DNA of 64,000 nt, from the NCBI RefSeq assembly GCF_006345805.1, contig NC_043001.1, positions 372,001 through 436,000 on the forward strand, in the 5' to 3' direction. Position numbers and translations under genes: made by a program. The stretch comes from Octopus sinensis (Eukaryota). Of this stretch, positions 1 to 12,303 are shown piece by piece. How positions within the stretch are numbered: the first letter of the stretch is position 1; each line of letters begins with the position of its first letter. The notes beneath the pieces are model-generated. The model ran no database searches. It was given only the letters and a program-made list of their open reading frames with translations, and was not told where the DNA came from.

Positions 1-210
1 GAAGAGAAAGAAGCGAGATTTAGAGCTTAAAGAGGAGAAAGAAAGCGTCTATGTGCTTAAAGAGAGATTGAGAGCTGAAAGAGGAGAGTTAGAATGAAGA
101 GAAAGAAGAGAGATTGAGAGCTGAAAGAAGAGAGTAATGATGAGACAAGGAAAAGCGTGAGGGGAAGAAGGGAAGAGACAGAGAGAGAAAGAAGAGATAG
201 AAAAAGAATA
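1..210. repeat. GA-rich low-complexity repeat with recurring GAGATT(G/T)AGAGCT units
   Basis: Purine-rich tract; motif gagattgagagctgaaa recurs at about 15, 65 and 110. Confidence 0.8.
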
Positions 211-215
211 TATGC

Positions 216-672
216 AGTATATCTGTCCGCAGACAATTTCTAAACGAAACTAATTGCACACACACATATTCATATGTATACATATATATACATACATACA
301 CATATATACACACGTGTGCACATACACATATATAAATAAAAATAACAAATAAGTATATAAAGAAAATAAAAGAGCAAAAAAAACAAGCCAAGAGATTATT
401 ACAGAATGTAAACAGAGAAAAATAGAAAAAGAAAATATATATCTGTCCGTCGCTACAGACAATTTCTTCTAAACTAAACTAATTGCGACTATACTTCTAA
501 CACACACACATACATATATATTCACACATATATATATACATATATATACACATATATATACAAATATATACACACATGTGCGCATACACATATATAAACA
601 GAGTAACAAATAAATATATAAAAAATAGATGTAACGGAGTTAACGATAGATTATTACAGAATGTAAACAGAG
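216..672. repeat. Diverged local duplication (about 216-420 vs 437-672)
   Basis: tatatctgtccg..cagacaatttc..aaactaattgc, aacaaata and agattattacagaatgtaaacagaga each occur twice in the same order. Confidence 0.7.
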
Positions 673-1062
673 ACCTTACATTGAATTACGGGAAAATGAA
701 TGAATGAAAAGGGGTACTTATCTTATAAGAGGTATACGAAGAGGTCTTTTTCAAAAAAAGAAAAGAAAAACGGTTCTTTTTGCTGTTAGAGTCGACTGGA
801 AATAAATTTAGAAGATTTCACCACGTGCTTATTTCGACAGGGAAATCTGGCGTGCGTTGCTAAACTTTAGTGTACTATACTTGACTTGTAGCAAAATATA
901 TTGCGGTCTTTAACCAAAATATCCGAGTACACGTCTATAAGGTAACAATTTCTACGTTTTTTATGAGTTTTCGCCTATTATTTCGTCGATTTATGCAAAC
1001 CTTCTTGTTTTTTTATCACAGGGCAAAGCAACACATATTTACTCTACGAAGCCGGAAGTCAA

Positions 1063-1084
1063 TATGTATATGTATATATATGTA

Positions 1085-1175
<91 letters not shown>

Positions 1176-1256
1176 GTATATATATGTATATGTATATATA
1201 TATGTATATGTATATCATCATCATCATCATCATCATCATCGTTATGTATATATATA
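1063..1256. repeat. (TA)n/(TATG)n microsatellite with (CAT)n tract; left flank of the LTR element
   Basis: Direct reading. Confidence 0.95.
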
Positions 1257-1666
1257 TGTAACAGGATCTGTATCAATTTCACTGAAAGGGTGTCGATCCG
1301 ATCCCGTCACATACAATTTAGTAAGACATAACAGACGAAGTCAGGTATCGGTGAAAGACAGCAGTTTGTTTATTAATTGCGATGGCGTACGTATATCTGA
1401 TGGGAGAAGGACAGCCTCTGATGTACAGCTTCTTGTTCGTTTGTTGAAGTGGTTCGATGTCGTTGGCGGCTAAGTCGGTGAGGTTATCAGAGTCTACGAA
1501 ATGCACGTCTGTTCGCGTTGGCTGTCTGCCAGAGAGAGAGAATCGTGTTTAGCGGGCCTTCGGGGTCGTTTCCCGCACATGCGCATGGGGAAGACTTCCG
1601 GTGGCCACCCGGAAGTAGTCCCATTCTGCGCATGCGCGCCGAACCCTACACAGTAGCATCACTACA
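1257..1666 (-). repeat. 3' LTR
   Basis: tgtaacagga...catcactaca; matches 6123-6532 except 2 visible substitutions (cgtgttt/cgagttt, tgcgcat/tgcacat). Confidence 0.97.
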
Positions 1667-1680
1667 GGACTCCCCCTCGA
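1667..1680 (-). other. Polypurine tract (PPT)
   Basis: Reverse complement reads tcGAGGGGGAGtcc directly before the 3' LTR. Confidence 0.85.
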
Positions 1681-1800
1681 GTGCGAAAGTACGACAACAA
1701 GAAAATTTGTGGTGGTGCTGCAGAAAAACAGATGGCTTGCCGATCCCCCAGAAGACTTGGTACATAATATCATACAAAACAAGAAAAATTTGAAAGAAAG

Positions 1801-3120
1801 TTAAATATAGATTGTCTTTGAAAGTTTCTTGGGCCAATGCACTGTTCTGCCCGATCGTGTAACATACGGTGTGCTCGGGGCACCCGTTGACGGCGAGGGT
1901 GGTGTTGTAGGAGCCGGTGAAGGCAAAGGCGTCTGTGCAGGTGAAGGTGTTGTTAAAGGTGCATAGGTGGGTGTGTCAAGGTTGTCATCAAAAGATGAAG
2001 ACGTCTCAAAATACGCTTTTTTTAATCGGTCCACGGAAACGGTCTCCGAACGACCATTTATCTCAATAGTGAAAACCTTTGGTGTGCGAGAAAGCACACG
2101 GAAAGGTCCTTTATAGGGAGAAACAAGTGGCCCCTTCACAGAGTCGTCCCGAACAAAAACATGCGACCAAGTTTCCATATCCGGTGGAAGATGGGATGGT
2201 GGAGATTGCTTCCTGGGAACCATGGGTGGAAGGTTCGAAAAATATGCACGCAGTCTGGTGACATAAGTCGCCGGATCATGGGACTGGGAAGTGTCTGGCA
2301 CCAACATCGTACCAGGCAATGCCAGTGTGGTACCATACAGCAGCTCTGCAGCAGAAAACCCCAGGTCTGCCTTGACAGCAGTCCGACAACCGAGGAGCAC
2401 AATGGGCAGAAATTCAATCCAAGACTGTGGATCTGAAGAGGCACGAAGAGCGGCCTTGAGCTGTCTATGGAACCGCTCAACTAATCCATTAGACGCTGGA
2501 TGGTAGCTAGTGGTGTGGATATGGTGCACACCTAAAATTCGCGACAATTCGCGAAATAGCGAGGCTTCAAACTGACGTCCACGATCAGTTGTCAATCGGG
2601 ACGGGACTCCGAAGCGAGAAATCCAGTTTGAAACGAAAGCTCGCGCAACAGTCTCAGCAGAAATGTCTGCTATCGGAATGGCTTCTGGCCCGCGGGAGAA
2701 GCGATCGACACAAGTTAACAGATAAGAAAACCCGCGACTCACAGGCCATGGTCCAACCAGATCGATGTGGACATGGCGAAAACGGGCCTCCGTGGAGGGA
2801 AATTGTCCAAGCGGGGCACGAACGTGCCGTTGAATCTTGGACCGTTGACACTTGGAGCAGGTGCGTGTCCAAGAAGTAATAGTGCGACGCATATTCGGCC
2901 AGAAAAACCGAGCAGTGATTAGGTTAAGGGTGGCAGCCATGCCAGGATGTGATAAGGAGTGCAGTGCTTCAAACATTGAGCGTTGATGGTTCTCAGGCAC
3001 GAGTGGCCTGGGAGAACCAGTGGCAGTATCACAAAGAATGGTGCCTTCGGCTGACGGAAGCGGAAGGTAGGAAAACTGGCAACAGGAGAACTTGGGAGAA
3101 GTTAAGTCTAACGACGCCAA
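1801..3120 (-). CDS. pol: Gypsy integrase (HHCC zinc finger + rve DDE core), separated from pol by a frameshift
   Basis: H-x3-H...C-x2-C (LHSLSHPG...CSKC), [26 protein letters not shown] motif. Confidence 0.93.
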   Translation of the reverse strand: MASLDLTSPKFSCCQFSYLPLPSAEGTILCDTATGSPRPLVPENHQRSMFEALHSLSHPGMAATLNLITARFFWPNMRRTITSWTRTCSKCQRSKIQRHVRAPLGQFPSTEARFRHVHIDLVGPWPVSRGFSYLLTCVDRFSRGPEAIPIADISAETVARAFVSNWISRFGVPSRLTTDRGRQFEASLFRELSRILGVHHIHTTSYHPASNGLVERFHRQLKAALRASSDPQSWIEFLPIVLLGCRTAVKADLGFSAAELLYGTTLALPGTMLVPDTSQSHDPATYVTRLRAYFSNLPPMVPRKQSPPSHLPPDMETWSHVFVRDDSVKGPLVSPYKGPFRVLSRTPKVFTIEINGRSETVSVDRLKKAYFETSSSFDDNLDTPTYAPLTTPSPAQTPLPSPAPTTPPSPSTGAPSTPYVTRSGRTVHWPKKLSKTIYI

Positions 3121-3146
3121 AGGTGGCTGCTCCTGCGAGATGGCAG

Positions 3147-3548
3147 CTAAGTCGATAGCAGCAGGAGACGAAAGGGCGCAGACTGGAAGGCGAGAGAGAG
3201 AGCGTCAGCAGGAACGTTCTCTTTTCCAGGTATGTGTCGAATGTTACTAGTGAATTGAGAGATAAGATCCAGGTGCCGGAAAGCACGAGGTGAGAGTTTG
3301 TCCGTTTTTGAACACAGGGCAAACGTAAGGGGCTTGTGATCCGTATAGATCACAAAATCTCGCCCTTCAAGTTGATGCTGGAAATGACGAACCGATAGAT
3401 AGATCGCTAGGAGTTCACGATCAAAGGTGCTGTATCGTCGTTCAGCTGGTTGCAGTTGACGGGAAAAGAAAGCCAGAGGTCGAATATGATCATCCACTGT
3501 GTGTTGTAACACAGCGCCAATCGCAGTGTCCGATGCGCCTACAGTCAA
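3147..3548 (-). CDS. pol: Gypsy RNase H (frameshifted segment)
   Basis: [36 protein letters not shown]. Confidence 0.92.
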   Translation of the reverse strand: MTVGASDTAIGAVLQHTVDDHIRPLAFFSRQLQPAERRYSTFDRELLAIYLSVRHFQHQLEGRDFVIYTDHKPLTFALCSKTDKLSPRAFRHLDLISQFTSNIRHIPGKENVPADALSLAFQSAPFRLLLLST

Positions 3549-5074
3549 AGAGAGAGAGAAGCACCAGGAACTGGATGTGCAAGCAAAGAAACAGAAGCCA
3601 GCTCCTTCTTAATGGACTCAAAGGCTGTCACTGCCTCAACAGAGAGGGTGACTTGACTGTCCTTTCTAGGAGTGTCCTTTAATAGCCTGGTGAGAGGTAG
3701 TAGCTTATCTGCACAACCGGGAATAAAACGTCTGTAGAAATTGATCATCCCTAGATAATGCCTGAGCTGGCGCAAGGAAGTGGGGGGTGCGATGCGTTGA
3801 ATGGCATCGACTTTTGACGAGAGAGGGCTGATTCCACTCGAATCAATATGATGGCCTAGAAAATCTAGGGAAGAGCGTCCGAAAACACACTTGTCGGGAT
3901 TTATACGTATACTATAAGCGCGAAGACGCTGAAAAAGCTGAGAAAGGTGCTGGAGATGATTTTCACGTGTGTCGCTCGCAATGAGTATATCATCGACATA
4001 GGCAAACACAAAATCAAGACCGCGGACAACCTCATCAATGAAACGCTGGAAAGTGCTAGTAGCATTCCACAAACCGAAACTCATATACAAAAACTCAAAA
4101 CACCCAAAGGGGGTAGTGATCGCAGTTTTCGGAATGTCGACTGGGTTGACCGGTATTTGATGGTACGCGCGTATAAGGTCGACCTTCGAAAAAATGGTAC
4201 AACCATGGAGATTTGCCGTAAAGTCCTGGAGAATTCTGATCGGATATCTGTCGGCTATTGTTACGGCATTGAGGCGTCGATAGTCTCCAACCGGGCGAAA
4301 ATCAGACTCGCCCTTTCGCGCCAAATGAAGGGGAGATGCCCATGGGCTGGTGGAGGGGCGTATAAGGCCAAGTTGAAGCATGTGCTCAAACTCGGCCCTG
4401 GCCGTTTTTAGTCGGTCAGGCGCAAGGCGCCGTGGGCGCGAAAATACAGGCGGCCCAGTGGTGGTGATAAAATGGAGGGTCGAGTGGGTAAGCTTTTCCG
4501 GTTTAAAGGCAATGTCCACTAGCTCCGGAAATGAAACCAAAAGAGAGTGAAAAGGGTCTCCAGAGGTGGCAACAAAGAATGTCGGGCTAAGGACCGCAGT
4601 GGTGGAACTCCCAGTCGGTGTAGAGAGCGACGTCGTGCTATCAAGAAGCCTCCGACGCCTGACATCCACCAATAGATTAAACCTATCCAGGAAATCAGCG
4701 CCGAGAATAGGATGCGGGATGTCAGCGATGACGAAAACCCATTGAAAATCTCGACGAAGGTTGATGTCGAGGCGCAGCGAAATCTGACCGTAAGTGGTTA
4801 TGGGAGACGAGTCAATAGCATGCAAGACAATTAAAGAGCGCTTGGGCTTGTCTGCAGCCAGACCAAGGGGCCAGATGCTGCAACAAGAGCCGGTGTCCAC
4901 CATGAAGAATTTCTTCGACACCAGATCTTTTACAAAGAATGCACGATTTTTGGGAAACGAGATGGAAGAAGGTGAGGTGCTCACCTCCTCCAGATTTAGT
5001 GTTCCGAGGGCTTGAAAGTGCACGGCTGGGTACACCGATCTGCCTTTTCGGCATACTTTGAATGGTACTAGCAC
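3545..5074 (-). CDS. pol: Gypsy aspartic protease + reverse transcriptase
   Basis: VDTGS protease motif; [23 protein letters not shown]. Confidence 0.95.
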   Translation of the reverse strand: MLVPFKVCRKGRSVYPAVHFQALGTLNLEEVSTSPSSISFPKNRAFFVKDLVSKKFFMVDTGSCCSIWPLGLAADKPKRSLIVLHAIDSSPITTYGQISLRLDINLRRDFQWVFVIADIPHPILGADFLDRFNLLVDVRRRRLLDSTTSLSTPTGSSTTAVLSPTFFVATSGDPFHSLLVSFPELVDIAFKPEKLTHSTLHFITTTGPPVFSRPRRLAPDRLKTARAEFEHMLQLGLIRPSTSPWASPLHLARKGESDFRPVGDYRRLNAVTIADRYPIRILQDFTANLHGCTIFSKVDLIRAYHQIPVNPVDIPKTAITTPFGCFEFLYMSFGLWNATSTFQRFIDEVVRGLDFVFAYVDDILIASDTRENHLQHLSQLFQRLRAYSIRINPDKCVFGRSSLDFLGHHIDSSGISPLSSKVDAIQRIAPPTSLRQLRHYLGMINFYRRFIPGCADKLLPLTRLLKDTPRKDSQVTLSVEAVTAFESIKKELASVSLLAHPVPGASLSL

Positions 5075-5742
5075 CAGCCGGAACGAGAAACAGAGTCACT
5101 CCGACTACGGGAAATAGAGCTATTGCGACTACGACTGCGAGGTTGGCGCCCGATCGAACGGCACAGATCATCGATTCTCTGCGTAAGCGCATCGATCTTC
5201 TCGGCTAGTTTATCGTTCGTCGGAGGTGTCAGAGGGGGCTCTATACATGCGTACAGGCCCCGCGAGGGAGATGGTCGCGAAAACTCTAATACTTTGTCGG
5301 CCATCGTGGCGATCTGGTCCACAGACACAGACTCCAGTGCCGTGGCCAACATTGTCTGCACGTGGGCAGGCAGCCTGGAAAAAAATATTTTTCGTAAGAG
5401 CGGCACGTCCGCTGCGTTGCCGCTGAGCTCCCTTAGATGGCGCAGGAACTGGGATGGAGTTCTGTCCCCCAACTGCTCGTCGGCCATCAGCTCATTGAAC
5501 TGACTCTCCTCCGACCGCGTTTTGCGGCGGAGGATCTCTGCCTTTACTGACGCATATGTGGCGTCAGGGTGGGGACTCATAATGAGATCCCTCACCGATG
5601 TGGCGAGCCGGGAGGGCAAACTTGAGTACAGCAGATGTAACTGCTGCTGTGGAGAAATGGCATGCGCGGCAAAATGGGATTCCACCTGCGCAAGCCACAG
5701 ACCCGAATCCCCCGTGAATGAAGGCAAACCTGATGCAGCCAT
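4996..5742 (-). pseudogene. gag: Gypsy gag with an in-frame TAG in the C-terminal Cys/His motif
   Basis: MAASGLPSF..WLAQVESHF..LGDRTPSQFLRHL; reads on as [18 protein letters not shown] (typical CWYH..A..C..PC) to TAA at 4996-4998. Confidence 0.88.
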
Positions 5743-6110
5743 GTTTTTTCGGAAGGATCGTCTGTAAGGAGGGGCAGAAGGTATGAAGGAGAAATGGAGA
5801 GAGAACACGTGGAACCGACAAAGCAAATCAAAATGGTGTTTTGTGTACTGGTGTGTGTGTGAGTGTACCTCGTGGGTAGTAAAAAATAAGTGTGTGTGTG
5901 CACAAAGGAAAACAAGGTACAGAAAAGAATAAAAATAATGTGTGTGTTTTCTTTTTTTTTTTTCAGTGTACTGAGTGCGATGAATAAAGCTTTTGTTTGT
6001 ACCCACCTCGCCGTCCTGAAAAGGAAAAGAAAAATGAAAAATGAATGTTCAGTGCTCTATCTGGCAAAACCTTTTCGCTGCGTCTTCTGTTCTTTTTTTT
6101 TTTTTAACTT

Positions 6111-6120
6111 GGGGTCACCA
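6111..6120 (-). other. Primer binding site, tRNA-Trp type
   Basis: Minus strand TGGTGACCCC 2 nt from the 5' LTR, complementary to the tRNA-Trp 3' end (...GGGGUCACCA). Confidence 0.8.
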
Positions 6121-6122
6121 AT

Positions 6123-6532
6123 TGTAACAGGATCTGTATCAATTTCACTGAAAGGGTGTCGATCCGATCCCGTCACATACAATTTAGTAAGACATAACAG
6201 ACGAAGTCAGGTATCGGTGAAAGACAGCAGTTTGTTTATTAATTGCGATGGCGTACGTATATCTGATGGGAGAAGGACAGCCTCTGATGTACAGCTTCTT
6301 GTTCGTTTGTTGAAGTGGTTCGATGTCGTTGGCGGCTAAGTCGGTGAGGTTATCAGAGTCTACGAAATGCACGTCTGTTCGCGTTGGCTGTCTGCCAGAG
6401 AGAGAGAATCGAGTTTAGCGGGCCTTCGGGGTCGTTTCCCGCACATGCGCATGGGGAAGACTTCCGGTGGCCACCCGGAAGTAGTCCCATTCTGCACATG
6501 CGCGCCGAACCCTACACAGTAGCATCACTACA
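6123..6532 (-). repeat. 5' LTR
   Basis: Direct repeat of 1257-1666. Confidence 0.97.
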
Positions 6533-6645
6533 TATATATGTATATATATATATGTATATGTATGTATATATATATGTATATGTATATGTATATATGTATA
6601 TGTATATGTATATATGTATATGTATATGTATATATGTATATGTAT

Positions 6646-6679
<34 letters not shown>

Positions 6680-6800
6680 ATGTGTATGTCTTACCGTTTT
6701 ATCAATATATATATACATATATATATACACACACATATATATATATACACATATATATATACACACATATATATATACATATATATATACACATATATAT

Positions 6801-9737
6801 ACTTTGATACTTTGATACTTTGATAGGTTTCGGCCATTATTGGCCCAGGCCATGTCTAACTTAATAGCACCACCTGGTGAAGTCTTTCAAGTCAGAATTT
6901 GGGCACTATGGCCCACTCAAGTAGAGAGTTATTGTTTACAGAGACATATCCAGGTGTAGGGGGTTTATCCGGGATTTCTTGAAGGAATCTGTCCAAAGAC
7001 TTCTTGAACCCTATAGGGTCAGTTTCTGTTTTAATGTGTTTTGGTGTAATGTTAAAGAGAGCGGGGCCAATTGAGGTGAAATAATTGTGCCGTATTGTGG
7101 TTATGAGATGAGAGTGCGATTTTTGTTTTGGGCGGATGGCACGGGGCCCAAGCCTTGGATGTACCTTAAAGGTGATGCCAACATCATTTGGGCAATGCTG
7201 ATGGAATATTTTCCACATCATGCAGATGATGTAGCGCTCACGACGACGTTGGAGAGAATAGAGTTTTAGCTTTTCTAGTCGACCCCAATAGTCGAGGCCT
7301 GTCATGCCATCTATCTTTTTGTGATTGCCCTTTGAGGTGCTTCAACTTTTATGATACCTTGTATTGTGTGGGGAGACCACAGTGGACAACAGTATTCAAG
7401 GTGGGGTCGGGCAAAGTGGAGAAGAGAAGGATAATGGTGTGGATATCTCTCGACTGGAAAGTTCTGAGAATCCAGGAACACATTCTGCGGGCCATGTCAA
7501 CTTTGGTGTTTATATGAGTGGCCCAGCTTATGTTGTTGTCCACAATTACTCCCAAGTCTCTGATGTTGTTGGACGCCGCGAGAGTTTCACCTGAAGGAAG
7601 GGAGTATGGGAGTTTCAGGGCATCCTCTTTTCCAAAGTGGATTAGCTCAAATTTATCCTCGTTCAGCAGCATATTGTTTTTTTCTGCCCATTGGATAACA
7701 GCCAGTAGATCTGACTGAAGGCATGTCCGGTCACTCGCCTCATTTATGACCTTCTGTAGCTTGGAGTCATCTGCAAAGATTTTTATGTTGCTGTGCTTGA
7801 TGATGTCATTAATGTCATTAATGTAAATGATGAAAAGAAGTGGGCCCAGCACAGTGCCTTGCGGAACGCCACTACTGACTTTGGCTGGGCTTGATTTTAC
7901 CCTTCAACTACAACATGTTGAGATCTGTCTGTCAGGAAACACTTGATCCATTTCAGTAACTTTCCAGAGACACCAATGTTGGATAGTTTTTTCAATAGGA
8001 TCTTGTGATCGACCCTGTCGAAGGCCTTACTGAAATCAAGGTAGATGACATCGGTGTTGGAGCCCTCTCCCAAAGCTCTCAGAATGTCCTCAAAGTGATG
8101 CAGGAGCTGCGTTAGGCAGTCCCTTCCATTACGGAACCCATGTTGGTTGGAGATCAGCCGTCTGTTGCTTTCCAGAAATTGGGTTATTCGAGATCTCACC
8201 ACCCTCTCAAATACCTTGATGATATGAGAGGTGAGTGAGATCGGACGGTAATTCACTGCAAGGGACTTGTTTCCCTTTTTGAAAACTGGGACAACAGACT
8301 GGGACAGAAGGTTTTTTGGAATATAGCCAGCATCCAGTGAGTTTCTCCACAGATTAGCAAGGGGAGATGCAAGTTGGTGTCGACACACCTTCAGGACACA
8401 AGCAGGGAACCTATCGGGGCCTACTGCTGAATTGTGTTTTATTTCGTTTATCGCCGCTAAGACATCAGGGGCACTAAACGTTATGTCCGATATAGTGTGT
8501 TGGGGGTTGACATCACTGATACAGCCCAGATCGGCCATATCAGGATTGCTGAAAACAGAGCAGTATTGTTTCTGCAGTATCTCGGCCATGGATTTGGCAT
8601 TATCTTGGAGAGTGCCAGTTTCGTCAATTAGAGGGCCTACAGTGGAGACAGTGACCCTGCGTTTCCTCGCAAATGAAAAGAACACTTTGGGGTTGAGTTT
8701 GATTTTTTCAATGGCCCACTTCTCCTCAGCTGATCTTTGGTTATTGATGAGGGTCCTCATGCATTGTTGGAGGTATATTTTTTGGATTCAAGCAGTGCGA
8801 TAGCCGTCGAATGTGTGTGTTGCTGTTGGCAGTACTTTAGTTTGTTAATTTTTTTGTTTGTTCTTTTATTTTTCTGATAATGGTTTTTCTGTTTTGGGGG
8901 ATTCTGCACTTTTTGTTCACAGGTCTTGGTGGGGAGTGTTTTGCACATATGTCTGTGACGGTGTCTACAAAGATCTGCCAAGATGTTTTATGGTTGGTGG
9001 AGATGTGTGTATGTGTAAAGGACCAGTCAACATGTGATAGCTCGTTCCTGATTGCATCCCAGTTGGCATTATGGAGATCCATGTTGTCAAATGGGTGGGC
9101 TGGAGGAAGGTCACTAGGATTAGCTTTCGGCTGGTGGAATTTCATGTTACAGAGAACCATGTCATGGTCTGAAAGAAGGGTTTTTTCCACTGTAACGTTA
9201 TGTATAGTGTTAGTGTGGTTACTAAACACTAGGTCCAAAATGTTCTGATGTCTTGTTGGTGCAAGGACAAGTTGGGACAAGAAAAACTCATTCGTAAAGT
9301 CGGAAAGTGACTCTGCTGCTTCTTTGTCAGCGGTTGAGGCGGGAGTGCTTGGTTTCAAACAGTTTGTAGTCCAGTCAACACAGGGTAGATTGAAGTCTCC
9401 CATCATGAGTATGTTGCTAGAATGGCACTGTTGAATAAAGCACTTAATGCTGTTGAGGCATTCTTTAAAGCACAGTATGGGTGTTTGGGGCGGCCTGTAG
9501 AGCCCAATTACTGTCAGGTCATTGGCTTTGTTGTGCACGGTGACTGATTCACAGTAGCCGTTGGAGAATATACTATTTCCATCTGCCATAAATGAATCAT
9601 GCAGGAAAATGGCAGTTCCACCCTTCCTCCTGCCGATACGATCCGCGCGGATGGTTGTGAAATTCTTCACTCTCACTTCGGCTTCCAAGTGGGAGTTGTC
9701 AAGGTGGGTCTCAGTGAGAATGAAGAAAGGGATGTGG
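6801..9737 (-). mobile_element. CR1-group LINE family A, 5'-truncated ORF2 (APE + RT) with frameshifts, (GTATCAAA)n tail
   Basis: ILTETHL, MGDFNLP, SDH (APE); [33 protein letters not shown]; 8-bp tandem tail at 6801; both ends in (TA)n. Confidence 0.93.
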
Positions 9738-9739
9738 TG

Positions 9740-9770
<31 letters not shown>

Positions 9771-10057
9771 GTATATATGTATATATGTATGTGTATATAT
9801 ATATGTATGTATATATGTGTATATATATGTGTATATATATATGTATATATATATATATGTGTGTATATATATGTGTATATATATATGTATATATATATAT
9901 ATGTATATATATATGTATATATATATGTGTATATATATATATGTGTATATATATATGTATATATATATGTGTATATATATATATATGTGTGTATATATAT
10001 ATGTATATATATATATATGTATGTATATATATGTATATATATATATGTATATGTATA

Positions 10058-10110
<53 letters not shown>

Positions 10111-10126
10111 GTGTATACATATATAT

Positions 10127-12303
10127 ATTGATTGATTGATTCTAGTTTCAGCTCACGAGCTGTGGCCATGCTGGGGCACCGCCATTTGGTGTTGCTACAT
10201 GGTTTTACTTCACGAATGCTTTTTAGCAACTGCCATTTGGTGCATGAGAGAGTTCGATGCAGTGCCCTCATCTGCACCTCCTGCCGTGAAGTTGGTTCAT
10301 CTGGGATACCTGACAAGAAGAGATCCAGTTTCATTTTATAGACATCTGCATTCACCCCATGTAGGTCTCTTAGGTTCTTCAGGAGGATATTGAAGAGCTG
10401 TGGGCCTCTGAAGCCCAGGCTATCACAGTATCTTGTCCTACATCTTGATGGCTAATTTGGAGTCCAAGGCACAACAGAGTTGCACCTAGTTCTGGCATTT
10501 GTGTAACTCTCGATGCCAAAGTTTGGGACAAGTCCTTCCAGATGTATATTATGGCATATCTTTCTCGCCTACACTCCAAGGAATAGAGTTTTAATCTCTT
10601 GAGTCTTTCCCAGTAGCTTATATGCTGCACAGAGGCTATCTTCTTCGTGTAGCTACGTTGGATCGCCTCAAGTTCTGTGATCAACTTGACACTGGATGGT
10701 GACCATAGCTGAGAGCAATAGTCAAAGTGGCTTAGGACAAGTGTCTTCCAGAGGACCATCATGGTTTCTTGTTCTCTTGTTCTAAAGGTTCTGAGAATCC
10801 ATCCGGCCAGTCTACATTTCATTGCCAATTTAGCAACATGTACATGAAAGGTTACGTCATCACTCATGTAAATACCCAGGTCACGCACTGATTGTGCCTC
10901 TGGGATTGCAATCCCTATGGGTCCAGTGTATTCATTGGGTATTGCATTCAGTTTTGCATGCTGATAGCATAAAGCTTGAAACTTTTCAGCATTGAACTGC
11001 ATGCTATTCTTTTCAGCCCACTTGTATATTTTGTCCAGCTCACATTGCAGGCGTTTAGTGTCCTCAGGGTTCTGTATTGCCTGTGAAACTTTTGTATCAT
11101 CTGCATAACTTGTGATCGTGGCTCTCTGCGTGGCTGAGGGCATGTCTGAGAGGGCCATTATGAACAGTAGTGGTCCCAAAACAGTGCCCTGCGGAACACC
11201 GCTCACTATTTGCGTGTTAATGGAAGTGGCCCCATTGGCTACTACCACCTGACTTCTATTCTTCAGAAAGTCATGAAGCCATTCTCCCAATTTTCCAACT
11301 ATGCCAAGATCATGCAGTTTGTGACATATCATTCCATGATCGACTTTATCAAAGGCCTTTGCAAAGTCGAGATATATGACTTCCACATTTGAGTGGTTGA
11401 GCAGTCGTTTCAGCACCCAGTCATAGTGTTGTAGGAGCTGAGTTAAGCAGCTTCTTCCTGGTCAGAAACCATGTTGGGTGTCAGGCAGCAAGTCATTTTC
11501 TTCAAGGAAGGTGATCAGTTTCCTTCTGACTATTCGTTCCATGACCTTGCTGATGAGTGAGGTCAGAGAGATAGGTCTGTAGTTCTTGGCCTCCGCTCTG
11601 CTACCTCCTTTATGAATAGGGCATATTTTACCTTCCTTCAGTCTTCTTGGAAGTTTGCCAGCTGCAAGGAAGCTCTGAAAGAGGAACTGCAGTGGTCTTG
11701 CTAGGACTCTCTTACATACTTTTAGGAGGATTGCCGGGAATCCATCGGGGCCAGTAGCTGAGTCTGTTTTCATTTCATCTATAGCCTTTATTACATCGTC
11801 TTCCTTTATATCGATGTAATCAATCGTCGCCGCCTCTGATTTTATATCTGCAGTGGTAAAGAAGTCAGTTGGATTGGTGATTTGGAAATGCCCAAGGGGT
11901 GGAGTGAAAACACTCTTGAATTGCTCATTCAGTATTTCACTTACCCTCATTGGTTTTCCTGAGAATGTGCCATCCCTTTCAAGGAGTGGCCCTATGCTAC
12001 AGTGCACCGTAGCTGTTTCTTTGGCATACCTGTAGAAAGCTCTGGGGTTAGATTTTATGTTGTCTATAGCCCAGGCTTCTTTGTCTGCTCTTTCCTTTTC
12101 ATGGGAGAGTTGCAGACATTTTTCAATTTCCAACAGTTTAATTTTCAGGCGGGACTTTTCACTGCTTTCAATTTGTTTGTTTAGGCGATTTGAAATTTTT
12201 GTACGCCATCTCATTAAAATTTTCCTCTCTTTGGGGATATTGTTCTTGTGTACAGTGGCCTTTCTCTCTGGGACACATTTGTAGCATATGGCTTGCATTA
12301 CAG
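10127..12303 (-). mobile_element. CR1-group LINE family B, 5'-truncated, (ATCA)n tail; left arm of a head-to-head pair
   Basis: ORFs 10379-11416 and 11462-12451 with YLDFAKAFD and YADDTK; premature TGA at about 11462. Confidence 0.93.

Larger units (their letters stand above)
1257..6532 (-). mobile_element. Full-length Ty3/Gypsy LTR retrotransposon inserted in a (TA)n array
   Basis: Two 410-bp TG...CA LTRs; PBS and PPT on the minus strand; domain order gag-PR-RT-RNaseH-IN; TATA on both flanks is compatible with a TSD. Confidence 0.97.

Noticed and set aside
5068-5070. Programmed read-through stop in gag
   Set aside because: The TAG replaces the conserved Trp of CWYH; a G>A mutation is simpler.
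1518-5915. Plus-strand and alternate-frame ORFs within the Gypsy element and LTRs
   Set aside because: Antisense or shadow frames of GC-richer retroelement sequence; no domain motifs and no env-like features.
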